NCBI GenBank assembly: GCA_973895155.1
Contig: OZ316894.1
Location: 23,186,709 to 23,250,708, forward strand
From: Marsupella aquatica
Taxonomy: Eukaryota > Plantae > Marchantiophyta
Direction: 5' to 3'
DNA: 64,000 nucleotides
Every line of letters starts with the position of its first letter. Position 1 is the stretch's first letter. The notes under the pieces were generated by a model, which made no database searches, was not told the DNA's origin, and was given only the letters and a program-made list of their open reading frames with translations. Made by a program: the position numbers and the translations under genes. Below are positions 1 through 12,700 of this stretch, piece after piece.

Positions 1-848
1 TTCCGTGAACATAGGGAGGTGGTGATGTAGTACGTGGACAAGGCCGCCTACATGATCCACTTGCAATTCCCCCGATCTCCTGGTCGTCCGTAGCTATAGC
101 GGTATGCCGGTTGACGGGTGATGAACGTACGTGGTATTGACCAGTAAATTCTTTACAATTTATATTTGTCATGCATTACAGTACAACTCGAAAACAACAT
201 ACAGCGCGGGCAGCCCACAAAAGGTGGCGATCGCAGAATGACCGGACGTCGAAAAATTGTAAGTTCTGCCGAGTTATGATTAGCTTCAGACTAGTTGCAT
301 TATCAGCTACAATATGGCTTTCGCTCGTTCCCTAGAGTTTCATACCGCATATTATGCCGAAATCGATGTAACTTTTGGACGTCAGTCTGGACACACATCA
401 GAATGCTCAAGCGAACAAAACGGCGGAGGAACCGAAGTCAACAGTCGACAACCGCAATGCCTGGTGTTTTGGAACCGAGTTTGGAAGTCCAAATTTAATT
501 ACATCGGGAAGCAGAACTGCAGAAGCTATGCACAAGAAGCAAGGCGACATCATTCTATATCAGTCTGTTCAGATTTGGGCACCTGAGGCTGTACATGTGC
601 TCTAGCTAGGGGACCCACAAGCATTGTCTTGGAAATTGGATTAATTGCAACGCCAAATCGCCGATGTCTAGAGCTTGAAGTCCGGGAAAGTTTTGAAATC
701 TAAGCACTGCTTATGATGGATATAAATACAACTGTTAACTTCCCCTCTCGCTCACTTCACTGTGTCGCTGGCTTGAAGCTTTCGATCCTTCACATTCCAG
801 TGTTGCAGTTACGGAAGAGGAAGAGAAGTCGATTACCAGCTTCGAAAG

Positions 849-1798
849 ATGGCAGCTCAAAATTTGAGAAGTCCCCTCATTTTCCTCGGCACACTGGCAG
901 TTGTGATACTCTGCATCGGTCCAGGATTGGTGAATGCCCAAGGCGTGTCTGCATGGGCCGTCAAAGACTGGACGAGCGGCGCCCACGCTACGTACTATGG
1001 TGGTCAGGATGCTTCTGGCACCATGGGTAAGTGATGTCAAACGCACCCTGAAATTTTTTTTAGTGTCTCAGCAGTTCGTGAACGTTGGGGGTGTGAAGTC
1101 GCATGTCTATGACCTTCATGGATTACACCTCATTAACGGTATGAATGCACTTGGCCTGACAGTTTGCTTATTCTTTTGTATTGGCAGGCGGCGCATGCGG
1201 TTACGGTAATCTTTATTCCCAGGGTTATGGAACTAAGAGCACAGCTCTAAGTAATGGCTTGTTCAACAATGGGCTTACCTGTGGTGCCTGCTTCGAGCTT
1301 CAATGTATTATCTCCGAGTCCCAGTGGTGCTATCCAGGCAGGACCATCACGGTGACTGCTACCAATGCGTGCCCTCCGGGTTCCACGGGAGGCTGGTGCG
1401 ATCCTCCCCGACTCCACTTCGACCTCGCATATCCCATGTTCACCACGCTGGCTCAAGCAATAGGAGGTGTCATTCCCGTCCAATACAGGAGAGTTTCATG
1501 CTCGAAACAAGGAGGAATCCGATTCCAAATTCAAGGGAACCCTTGGTGGCAACTCATTCTGGTGAGCAACGTTGGCGGCAGTGGAGACGTTCAGCAGCTT
1601 GACGTCAGGGGCACTGGAGGTTGGATCTCGACAACCCGGAACTGGGGCCAGAACTGGCAAGTCATCGGGAGTCAGCTCGTCGGCGAACCTCTCTCGTTCC
1701 GGCCCACTCTTGCTGATGGACAGAGCCTAACTTGTGACAACGTTGCTCCATCGAATTGGGGCTTCGGTCAAATCTACGAATGCGGTAGCAACTTTTGA
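849..1798 (+). CDS. EXPA: Alpha-expansin (2 exons: 849-1026, 1188-1798)
   Basis: Signal-peptide-like N-terminus, then AHATYYGG-DASGTMG|GACGYGNLYSQGYG, TALSNGLFNNGLTCGACFELQC, the HFDL motif, and C-terminal Trp motifs (RNWGQNW, NWGFGQ). GT-AG intron 1027-1187 (phase 1) joins the two ORFs in frame. Confidence 0.96.
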
Positions 1799-3935
1799 GG
1801 TGTTGCTAGATTAGTCTTTTGAGACTTTTCTTATCATATAAGCATGACGTTTATTATAGGATCATCAAAACGTAGCAACGACGAGTGTTATTTGTAGAGG
1901 AGGCGGGACACAAGACGCCCCAATTCGGCAAGGGAAGTAGTTTTGTTAAACTGTGAGGCGTGCTCACAACTGCCGCGCGCCCACCTTAATTAAGCAGGAG
2001 TCATGAACTGTGGAGTAGGAGGTGTGCTAATACTGTGTTGCCACCCCACCATTAGAGTTTGTAGAAAGCGAAATCATGAGGCGTGCCCATACTAGCCGCC
2101 CTAGTTTCGGTGAGAGGAGTTCAGCCTTGCGATTAGAGAAGGGCTGTGAGGTCGGCTAGCCCCACTTTCGAAAATGCTTCAGTCATTCATGGTATTTCTC
2201 AAAGATTGAAACGAAGAAAAGCTGTATTCTAAATATTTCTGTGTCACCTACATATGCTTATCTCTGTTTGGACATCCCCCGAGATCAATTTGATACTTCA
2301 CGCTGCTCAGATTGTGATTGACCCCACCACCCTTTTCATTCAGCTTACATATTAGAATGTATCAGATGTGATCTTGACCCTCCCACCCTGTTCATCATGA
2401 GTCCTACATGACTTCGCCGACTACGTGCCAGACACTCAATATTCAAATGCCCGACTGGCATTCGGATTGGCAAGGCTACAGTGTCCAGACCTGCGGAAGA
2501 TTTAAACTACCGATCGACACATATCTGCATCTTCAACACATGGAACCAAACTACGCACAGACAACTTGGCATAAAACTGTGATGTTGAAATTAGGTCGAC
2601 AGATTGCTTCGGTAGCAAAGGAACATGAGCAAGTCTATCATCAAGCCTTTGAAGAATGTCGAAACTGTCTGAACTTGTGTGCTGTTCAATTTCTCCGAGG
2701 CATGTGATTCTCATCCAATGGAGGTGACTGAGCTGGGTAGAAACGTCTACAAGAAATTTAACACATCAATTTCCCCAACAACAAAATTTGCCAAAGCAAT
2801 TTTGTTAATCTGCACTAAATTTGTCGATCCACGTTACATTATTGCTTTTCATTTGCGAAAATTACCAAAGCACCTCACATATTGGGAAAGAGAAGCTCGG
2901 ATGGACCCCTAGTTTGGACCAAGTGCTCCCATGGACAGCCCTGAAACCTGTTAACTTTCTGGGATAACACACATCACATTTATATCCATAAAGTGAACCT
3001 CCAGATTAGCCCGTAGTCCATCCACCAGTGTAAGGATAACATATTGGCTAACATAATCCACCACTCAAATGTTTCCAAAGTTTTGTTGACTTTTGAATTG
3101 ACTGAAAGGGGGTTTGGTGTGATGTTTTCCAATATGTTTTTCCTATTGAAGAGACTAAAAGGGAGTGTTGTGTTTGGAAGGGCAGAGGTACCAGTATGGT
3201 GCTAGAAGGTACATGACACCTATGGAGGCTATCCTCCATGTATTATGATACACTAGCCTGATGCGTGTGCAACACGGAAGCTGTCAAGGTGAAGGAAAGA
3301 TGATGTAGAGCTAGGTGAGAGAACAATGTGAGCTAAGAAAAGATGTTGAAATGAGAAAAAGATGTCAATATGAGAAAATAATGTTCAATGAGAAAAAGAT
3401 GTTATAAGGAGAGAAAAATATGTCAAGGCAAGAAAAGATATCAAAGTGGGTCAAATATTTCAAGATGCTCAAGGCAAGAAAATATAGGCCTGGGAATCTA
3501 GTTGTTAAGGCATGTTATGTGTTATCTGTTGGAGAAAATAAAATAAAATGGAAGACAAAAGTAAATAAAGTTGAAATGAAGGCGAAAATGAAACATTTGC
3601 AGGGTTTAATCACCTGGCTTGCCGCAACAATTGCCTGGTGGCACTCACAAATGGAAAAAGAAACATTCACCTCACCTTAGAAAACACTAAAAGTGGGAGG
3701 GTTGGGCAAGGGTTCAACTTGGCCCCTATATCTAATATAGAAACAAAAAACAGCCTCACCTCTAACATTATAAAAATTAAGTAAACAAAGTGAAAAAAAG
3801 TGAAAAATTAAACTTCAACTAATCAAAGTGCATCTCTTCTTCAGATTGTAAACATACCTTCCACCCATGCTTTTACATAGTTGTCTCCCAATTATAGCAT
3901 ATATGTATGGCTACACTGTTCACCTTAATTAATGT

Positions 3936-4240
3936 CACTAAGACTAATTTGAGTGTTTACTTGTGAATTAGTGTTAGTCACACTAATTTTTGTGCTAACA
4001 TTATTTTTGCGCACATGAATTTGTGTTATTGTGATCTCAGATGTGGAAAAATAAGGGGGAAAAACTTATTTTGAAAAATTCACAAGAATCAGTGTTACTT
4101 TGGACTCAAGGTCACCCAATTTTTAGTATCAATTTAAACAAAAGCGGGAAAAAATATTCTGAAAAACAGACAAAAGTTAGTGTTACTTGGACCCCACTTG
4201 GACTCATTCAAAATCACTTTTACCAAAATTAGTCTTAGTG
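3936..4240. mobile_element. Non-autonomous CACTA-type MITE (~305 bp)
   Basis: Perfect 15-bp terminal inverted repeats CACTAAGACTAATTT ... AAATTAGTCTTAGTG; internal repeats (agtgttactt-ggac); flanks gt|...|gt. Confidence 0.75.
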
Positions 4241-4306
4241 GTGTGACTATTTATACAAAAAAACATTCCATGAAACTATGAATCTTGTTGGAAGGTGTAG
4301 TCACAC

Positions 4307-4665
4307 TATTTACGGACCCCACTAGAGGTCCCTTCCAAAATCCCTGGCACCACGGCACGCCACATCAGCAACATCTGCATGAAACAAGATGCATCATGTT
4401 TGCGCATTGAATAACCTCCTCTCCATCTTGTTTACGTCAATTTTTGTGTAATTTTATGGACGTCGTGCCGTCAAAACGTAATGTAAGAATACTTAAAAGT
4501 AATTCATCCAAACCTATTGATACAAAGGACAGGATTAAAAACATTCACCCATAATCCCTTTACTTACATTTCTAAATTTCTTTTTATAAAAATAAATAGT
4601 GTAAGTTCAACATTAAAAGTAACCGTATTCCTGTAACTGCCCAAATAACAAAACCGCCAGAACAA
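4307..4665 (-). mobile_element. Dispersed ~355-bp repeat, copy 1 (Helitron-like non-autonomous element)
   Basis: Colinear along its length with 55397-55750. Terminal GC-rich hairpin GGACC-ccactaga-GGTCC a few bases from one end; no TIRs seen. Confidence 0.6.
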
Positions 4666-6689
4666 AAGAAACTAAGGACCCTCTTCCCTTAGCATCACGT
4701 GGTTCGATAATGGCCTTTAGGTTGGGATCAGTGAGTAGTCATCTCAGTGACACTCCAAATGTAATGAGGAGCCTTTGAGAACAAGACCATTGTCTCTAAA
4801 TTTTCAACTGATGATCAGCCATCCAAGAGATATGGAGAATTGAACAAGCTCTGCAAAATTGCTTCTTTGTCTTCTAGATTTTGTTTGGTTGTATAGTAGG
4901 ATATGTTGAAGCCAACAAATTTTGGCATCCATACCAAGCAAATAGATGGATTTGTGATGGATACGGGATTTCTCTTGTAAGTCCACAAGAGGATCAACGA
5001 GGGCTTGTCATGAAAGATTTCCTGAAGACATGATGTGTATTCGAAACATTGGCAGCCTCATCGTTCAGCTCGTTGTGTCTCATTTCTGTGACAAGCGGTT
5101 GGAGCAGGAGATGTCGTAAGCAATTGTGGCTACGTGTCACGGAGCTGCCTGATCAAGTGCCTGATTCTTTGTCATGCCCGTCACTTCTTGCTTATCCAGT
5201 TCAGATCGAAGAGTCAAAGATGGAAGCTTTTCTGAGATGAAGACATGGGATGTTTTTCAATTTGGATGGTGGTACTCACATAAGCTGGGCTTGCACAAGT
5301 AATAGTGCGTAGGCTCGATCTTAGTCTGCAATTATAATGCTCCTTTGTTGTGGACCAATGGATAAGAAGCGCTATCGAGCATACAATTCTTAGTTGCGGA
5401 AGTTTTACAGAATTAGTTTGGAGACTTTGATAGAATTCTTTGGCCACCAAGGTAATCACAGGAGTCCAAAATAGCATTAACTTTCTGAGTCGAATAGCTG
5501 CAATCGCACCAGGCCCAGGTGCACTTGTCTAGAGGATCGCTTGTTGTTTCCTACTTGCCTCTTATTGTAATGCATCTTCTATGTACTACAATTTGAGACT
5601 TATTTCCCCTTTTCAAAAGCTCTGCACAAAACTACAATGTTCAGTTATCAAATCAAAGCAGAGCAACACAAAATAGCTCTGGACCAACAGGTTTACTCGT
5701 GTCTGAGGTGTGTGTGTCCAGTGAACATGATGGAAGCATTTTGACATTCTTAGCTTTTCAAATATTTAGCTAATGTCACAAAACAAAACCTATTTTGATA
5801 GCACAATGTTGTACAATTTTTGGCAGTCCACCACCCCAGCGAGATAGTAGTAGTCTAATAATATCAGCTTTTATGTAAAAGTAAATTAGAGATTAAATTT
5901 CCACGTTAGAAGCCCAAGAGTAGTCTTTTGTGGAGACAGACGGAAGAAATGGCCCTTCAGTTTACCTTTTCGCTCACTAGTATCTCTATAATTGTAACTA
6001 CATGCCTATAGAGTCACGGCTAGCAGTTTCACTCCGGCAATTGGCAAGGTTTCTAGTATCCCCAGTCCTTTTGGCTGAAAAATTTCATATCTTTGTTCAA
6101 AGAAAAAACAAATTTACACACATTCCTTGGATCAACAAGGGGTCCAGGGACTAATTTGGTGTGAAAGATGATTGTGAATTGAAAGTGTTATGGAAAACAA
6201 GAATTTGTGGACAATAGCATAGACAAAGAATACATCAAATCAAAAGAGCCTAGCTAAACCATTAGATTGATATTAATCATTCATCTATAAAAATTTCTAT
6301 GATGTGAAAACATTGCTCTCATTGTTATGTTAATAGGGTCCATAATTTGTGTTATTTGAGCTCCAAAACTCTCTACTCACATATGAGCATTACTGACACT
6401 ATTTACAGTGTCACATTATTTCCACAGAGACACTAACTACAATAAACACTATGCCGTTTCAAAGAGAAGTCTGACTATTATATATTATGTGTTATGTTAT
6501 TTGCATGACATTTTGTAAAGTTACCATGAGAAAGAAAGAGAGCAAAGCATATTACACTGGTGTTAGTTGAGTGCTCAAAGCTGACATCATTTTAGCACCA
6601 ACAGAATCTAAGCATCTAACTTTCCATTGGAATGTATTTTGCCACAAAAGATATTCTAATCTACAATATTATCATTATTCTTTTTGGCA

Positions 6690-7030
6690 TATCCAAATAT
6701 TTCACGGGTTTGTATATAAATTACAAGTTCACCATGTAATCACGAAAATCAAACATAAAAATTGTTTTGATATTTACAAATATGACAAAGGTTTTTATAT
6801 AGATTACAAGTTCACCAATATAATCAGGTAATCAAATATATAAAAAAAATTGGTAATCACAAATATACCACAGTGTAGAGTGATTAACTCTAATTGATAT
6901 TTACAAAAAAAACCACATTTATATATATATATATAGATTATTACAAGCTCACCAATATGATCAAGGTAATCAAATATATAAATATTTTTTGGTAACTACA
7001 AACATATTAGGGTATAGAGTGATTAACCCT
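6690..7030. repeat. AT-rich local tandem duplication (~130-bp unit, 2-3 copies)
   Basis: Recurring ttacaag(t/c)tcacca...ggtaatcaaatatataaa...tagagtgattaac at about 6720, 6805 and 6940. Confidence 0.6.
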
Positions 7031-7937
7031 GAAAATGATGCTCCCATGGACCATAGGCAGAAACCATTCAATTGGGATGGACTAATTAGAAATATTCCTT
7101 GTGACATTGTGAGTGAAATGTGGTTTATCTGAGTTGCAAAAATATATGAGAGCATTTTGACACCCCTAGGGTTCATTTTCTTTATCCTAAACTGTAGTGC
7201 TAACCCTTAACTGTAGACTACAATCTGACCAATGTTATGTTGTCAAATATAAAAATAGTGGTATATTTCTAAATGCAATAAGATTCATGCCAATAAAAAT
7301 CAATGACAATATTATAAACTGGAACATTATGGCACTGTCCTTAAAAACTATTCTATTTTATTGACATCACAGCAAACGCCATCGTTATGGACTTGTACAG
7401 TAAGTTACTCGCGAAGGATCGTTTTAACGGTTTCGAGTTCCACCTCGACATGTTGCGCTCTCCCGTGTGGTACAGTACTTCGTGTCCTCTGTTCTTGAAG
7501 CCAATCGAGCATCCATGGTTGTTGGGATCGCGGCAAGCTCGATGACGACTGTCATCAGCAACTCTCGAGGAGCTCTGCGATTGCCGCTTCGGAGCTCGGA
7601 GTCCAGTCCCGCTCTTCGCTCGCTTTGCTTTGAAATTTCCTTCACCAATGTGGCAATGTAGGTTGCTGACAGTGGTCCAATTACGATTCTGTTACGCGCC
7701 TTCTCGTTTCGCGTTTCGCGTTCCGTCACGAGTGTTGGGGATTTGGTTTCGAAATTTTTTCTTGAGCAATGTGACAATAATGGAGCCGTCCGCAGTACTG
7801 TAGGAGAGTGAACATGGTGGTACGAGCTTTTCTGGTTTCCTGTTGACGAGGAGAGTTTGCGGATGCGTGCAGGATGATTGGGGATGACTAGGGTACAGTT
7901 GTAGCGAGTTCTTGAAATTTTCGTCACTGTAGGAGCA

Positions 7938-9719
7938 ATGAATGATTTTCCTCGGAGGAGTAAACGCTCGGATTCCCTGCGGAAGCGCGGATGGGATGGA
8001 GAGACTTCCATACGAGATGCTGCCGCCTCTCAGAAGGAATCGAGGGAGGATCAGACTGGTGGTGTTGGAGAAGAGCGTGTGACGAGGAGTCATGCTAATT
8101 CTGCAAGGCGAGGAGAAGAAGAGAGAAATGCAGAAAAGTTTGACAAGGGAGCGGGGGAAGAAACTCGAGAGAGATCTTTTTCGTGGGAGCGGCAAGGAAC
8201 GAACGAGCAGCAGCAGGAGGAGGAAGAGGAGAGACAAGAGGGGCAAGAGACGCAGGAGGTACCCCCATTCGATGCTGAGGGCGCGGTGAAGAAGTTGACT
8301 GATACGAAGGAGCACTTCGCTGAGTTATGCCGAAAGTATCTAGCCAGTTACAAACTCCAAGGTGTGGACGTTAGTTTCCGGCTCTCTTCTTCTACTTCTC
8401 AATGTAGTACAGACTCTCCCAACACAACATATCCACAACAGGAGAAGACATGTGAAGAAAGAAATGCTGCAGGACGGACAGCTTCATTTTCTGCTGCTGC
8501 TGCTCGTCCTCCTCGTCCTGGTCATCTTGCGTCAACAAATCACCAGCCACCTCCGGAATGTGAGTGCAGAGGAATGCCTCCCGATGCTGATATCGAAAGA
8601 TTTGCCTCATTTTCTAGTGCTAGTCCTCCTCCGTCAACGAATTGTCAGCCACCTTCCGAGTGCAGAAGAATGCCCTCCAATTTCGATGCCTTCTTAGCAA
8701 GCGATGTCTTGCAGCTTGACTATCATCCGTCCAATGAGTTGTACCGAGAAGAGCTTTCAGCAGTCGAGTCCCGTGCCCTCCTTATACTCGATTCTTTTCA
8801 TCGGAAGGAGCAGCAGGTGGAAGGTGACAGGGGAGGGGGCCAAAGTGAATGTGAGGGGACTATCCTTTGCAAAGCGATAGCGAGTAAATGTGATGCTTTG
8901 AAGCTTTCTCAATTCCAGTCTTATCAGTTCGCTTTCAAGGCCGCCGCAGTGGCCGAGATTGTGAGACTGAAGTCGGAGGTCGTCAAGATGAGAATGAAGC
9001 CGGCAGAATTGCCGCGTGATGATATTCTGGGAAAGGGGGTTTTCGGCATGAGAACTCCAGACGAATTTGTCAAACGGCTGAAGTTGGAGAATGAATCCGC
9101 TGCCAAGGAGCTCGCTCAGCTCCGTGCGGAGAAGACGGCCAAAGAGGAATCGCTTGCAGAAATTCACGGTGTCAAGCGGAACCTCGAAAGGCGAATGTCA
9201 TCATGCACTTGTAACAATATCTTACCCGGGATAAAAAATGGAACTCCGACGAGAAATGTAACAGCACCATGTGAGTTGATGGAGTCCAGCGGCAACGCCA
9301 GTAGGACGGACGGCGTCCTTGAGCAGCAGCAACGCCAGCAGGACGCGCAGAATGAGATGGGTTCCCGCTTGAAGGCAATGGGGGGATGCCATGCTAGTGT
9401 TTCTGCTGAGGATGAATCTCGGTTGGAACGAATTTGCGAAGCGTCCGTAGAGCATGAGGTGGTCAAATTGGTGGCAGAGAAACTCGAGATGGTGAAGGCT
9501 GATATGGGGGTTTTTGTCAAAACCCTTCAAATTCGAATCGCAGGTGTCGCGGGCAAGATCAACAATGATGAATCGAGAGTTCGACCTGTTAGGGTTGGGC
9601 TTGTTTGTCTCCAATACCTCATCGAGAAACTGCTGGCAAAGAAGGCAGAAATTGAAGCCAGCATGGTTGATAAAACCTCCGACAACCGTTTAGGGCTGAA
9701 GCTCCATTTTCGGAGTTGA
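7938..9719 (+). CDS. Intronless 593-aa hypothetical protein; acidic/disordered N-terminus, predicted coiled-coil C-terminal half
   Basis: 1782-nt ATG-to-TGA ORF, GC-richer than its flanks. E/Q/R-rich N-terminus; heptad-like segments (FVKRLKLENESAAKELAQLRAEK, LQYLIEKLLAKKAEIEAS). No family recognised. Confidence 0.7.
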   Translation: MNDFPRRSKRSDSLRKRGWDGETSIRDAAASQKESREDQTGGVGEERVTRSHANSARRGEEERNAEKFDKGAGEETRERSFSWERQGTNEQQQEEEEERQEGQETQEVPPFDAEGAVKKLTDTKEHFAELCRKYLASYKLQGVDVSFRLSSSTSQCSTDSPNTTYPQQEKTCEERNAAGRTASFSAAAARPPRPGHLASTNHQPPPECECRGMPPDADIERFASFSSASPPPSTNCQPPSECRRMPSNFDAFLASDVLQLDYHPSNELYREELSAVESRALLILDSFHRKEQQVEGDRGGGQSECEGTILCKAIASKCDALKLSQFQSYQFAFKAAAVAEIVRLKSEVVKMRMKPAELPRDDILGKGVFGMRTPDEFVKRLKLENESAAKELAQLRAEKTAKEESLAEIHGVKRNLERRMSSCTCNNILPGIKNGTPTRNVTAPCELMESSGNASRTDGVLEQQQRQQDAQNEMGSRLKAMGGCHASVSAEDESRLERICEASVEHEVVKLVAEKLEMVKADMGVFVKTLQIRIAGVAGKINNDESRVRPVRVGLVCLQYLIEKLLAKKAEIEASMVDKTSDNRLGLKLHFRS

Positions 9720-12700
9720 CCCGTGGTCGGTGAGTGAGAGACCGCCAGCAATTGTGCAGAGAAAGATGAAATTAGATTAACTGGCGACGCTTCGAAGGCA
9801 TTTTTCCTGGGTAGATAAGCGAATAGAAGACAGTGACGACCAAATCAATGTTGTGGTTGGATTATATATCTGCCGGAGGGAATCGGGGGCTGCGGCGCAG
9901 TGACGATGGATTTAACCTGTTGTAAGAACACGGACTAAGACTTCTTTGTTTAAGATGATCGCTTGCAGTCCCGTATGAATTTATCCATGTCTGGACGTCC
10001 CCTTAAACTGCCATCACACGGCATAGTACCTGTGAGTGATTTGGCATTCATCAAGTTCTGTACTCCATTTGTATGCTCTGGATCCGAGACTTTTTGGCAC
10101 CACACATGTGTTCAAATTCCCGAAAATGGGATGTAATTGGGTCTTATACATTGCTTGAGAAATGCTCGGAGTTCCTTAGTTCGCAACTCGTGTTGCTCCT
10201 CTGTTTCCAAGCTTGACCCGTATCTCTCCTGTTAGGGAACTGAATTTAAATTCTCAGAATATTTACCGGATGACCTGCTAAACCTGTCAAGAAATTAGTC
10301 GTGGCAGCTTTAAAATCAATGTTCTTTGGCTTTAAAATGTGTGAAGTTCATTCCGGAAAGTTTATAGGATTTACGAACCAACTTGCAAGATCGAACTGCG
10401 GTGATTCGTGTTGGAAACGTTGTGTGCAGTTTTACAGAAGGTGTACGACGAGCTCACACTGCGTCAATGGTATCTGGTGTAAATTCTCACCAGCCAATAG
10501 GCCAGGGTTCTAGTGTTTAAAACTTCGCTGATCCTACTCCAATTGCATGATGCTTCATATTTAAAGTCAAGGTGATGTTGTCCGGGGCAGGTACATGCAC
10601 ACTAGGAAACCATTGGCGAAGAGACAATGGTACTAATACGCTTGAGGAGCCGGCTTGTAAGGTAGATGTGGATACAAGGCTAATGGATCTGGGGACGGCT
10701 ACTAGTGCAACACTCGTACAACATCCAAAGCTGGAGCTTCTCTGGGATGGGACTTCCTATGGTATTGACGATCACCAATTCACTCCCAGTCAATTATTTG
10801 ATGCGTACACTGAACTCCGAAAGGTCAGATTTGCTTGCTTGAAAGAGTATTTGTGGTTGACTTCATGGTGAGTGACAGTTGAATCTTATGAACCAGTTTT
10901 GTTGATTGTTGTTAGGAAACTGTTTTGTGAATGGTGCTGTGAAGTATCTGGGATGGGACTTCCTATGGTATTGACCGATACTCATCAATTTTCTTGGAGT
11001 ACTGGCAGGCAGTGGACAAGTCAATTACCGTCACTCTTGGACCTCTGGCTTACATAGAACAGAGGATAGGAGGCTGTGGACATATTCCCACACCTGCTGA
11101 TGTAGGGCTCACTTTCCGTGAACATGTATGAAATGTTAGTTCTGGCCAGGCTGGGTGAAAAAAGGGGCCCTCGTTTGTTACTTGCTGAACACTAATATAC
11201 AACCTTGCATAATTGCACTCGTGTTTGAGTGCATTCCATGTGTCTGAGTGCATTCCGTGGCTAAATGCTGGCTTCACCATGTTGTCCCTTAGTTATTACA
11301 GCAATCGTCTGCGTATATGTATTAATAGATGCAGCTTGCATAAGTGCAGGCAACCCTCACTAAACCGAAAAACGCACTTTTACACGAGGGTCACATGCTC
11401 AGGTGAATGGGACCCTCGCTAAACCAAAAAATGCAGTTTGTATACGTGCAGGCCGACCCTCACTAAACAACAAATACTTGCACTAAAGTACAAAAACATA
11501 AATGCATTTCCGACACACATTAGAAATATTTATTAATAAATGCAGCAAACTATTAACGAAGGAGTTTCATTACATGAAGTAGTTTCATGCGATTGTTCGG
11601 TTGAATTATGTACTATGAGGGCTTGGGTATGAGGAGTCCTATATGTGTAACCTGACAACACACATGAGGAGGTGCATTAGGCCATTTACCATGCCCTCAA
11701 TGGGTTTTCTGAGCATGCTCTATTACCATTCACATATGCAGAAGTGCATAAATTATATCCCCTGTACTTACACTACATAGTAAACTGTTATTACATCATC
11801 TCTTCATTTCCCACTTAAACCACAACTGTCCCCTATAAAGGGTATGGGTAACCTGGAGCTCTCATTGTAAAGAGCACAGGTTCAGGAATGGAGGTTCAGG
11901 AATGGGTTATGAGCTCCACAAAAGGTGCTGATTGCAAAACCTTTTTTTGGCAAATGCTCCACAAAAGGTAGTAGTGTTCCATCTTTTATGGTGAGTAGTG
12001 AGACATGGAATGAGACTTTTATAGTGGCAGGTGTGGTTTAAGAGCCATGAAACCCATTACATCATCTCTTCATTGAGTACTTAAGAGCAATGAAAACAAC
12101 ATGCATCCCTAACAAAAGTTTGTGTCGTTTTGAATCATGAGCAGAGAAAGTTTGGGTGTTTCAAATCCTTTATCACACACACCCTTCTATCATTTTGAGA
12201 AAAGTGTATGTTAATTATATCCATGCGGGATTCTTGGGTTAACATGGGTATAACCCTAGTGATAGTGGTCTCATATTCTTAGACCACTAGGGTGAATCTA
12301 ATTACATGGTCTGCTGTTGCAAGCTAATGTAGCCTTGCCTATGAAAGATGCATTACTGATAAAGCAGTTGAGTGTGGATTTCAAAAGTAATCCCTTCTTG
12401 CAAGAGATAGACAGCCCATATTAGGTGAAGCTTTCTAAGATGATATAAGAGACTTATAGCTACAAGAAAACTGCTAACAAACCTAAGTATTTGGCTTCTG
12501 TCAGCCTGGCCCCAAGATTCACTCTTGTACTGGCACGGATGCCCGCCACAACTCTTCCCAGCATGTTTTGCAAGACTCACAAATATGGGTTTACGCTTTG
12601 CAACCCATGCATTGGCTTTTCAGCGGTTTACCCTCCTCAACTTTTCCCTTTGTTGTTTCAGGAGAGATCCCAGCCATAACCCCCCTCACCAGCCTGGCCA

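Noticed and set aside
1796-1810. TGAGG-TGTTG resembling a Copia PPT/LTR junction at the expansin stop
   Set aside because: There is no proper polypurine tract, matching CA end or TSD; it is most likely ordinary 3'UTR.
4760-5500. Possible decayed transposase (MULE/SWIM-like) on the minus strand
   Set aside because: Only a vague Cys/His spacing among many stops; it cannot be supported without a search.
7424-9751. Several long minus-strand ORFs (195, 207, 136, 130 aa)
   Set aside because: They are antisense shadows of the GC-rich 593-aa ORF and its leader, with low-complexity translations.
10400-11000. Exon-like segments and a short duplication (ctgggatgggacttcctatggtattgac at about 10742 and 10948)
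   Set aside because: I could not build a coherent spliced ORF or link it to the 593-aa gene, which has its own stop codon.
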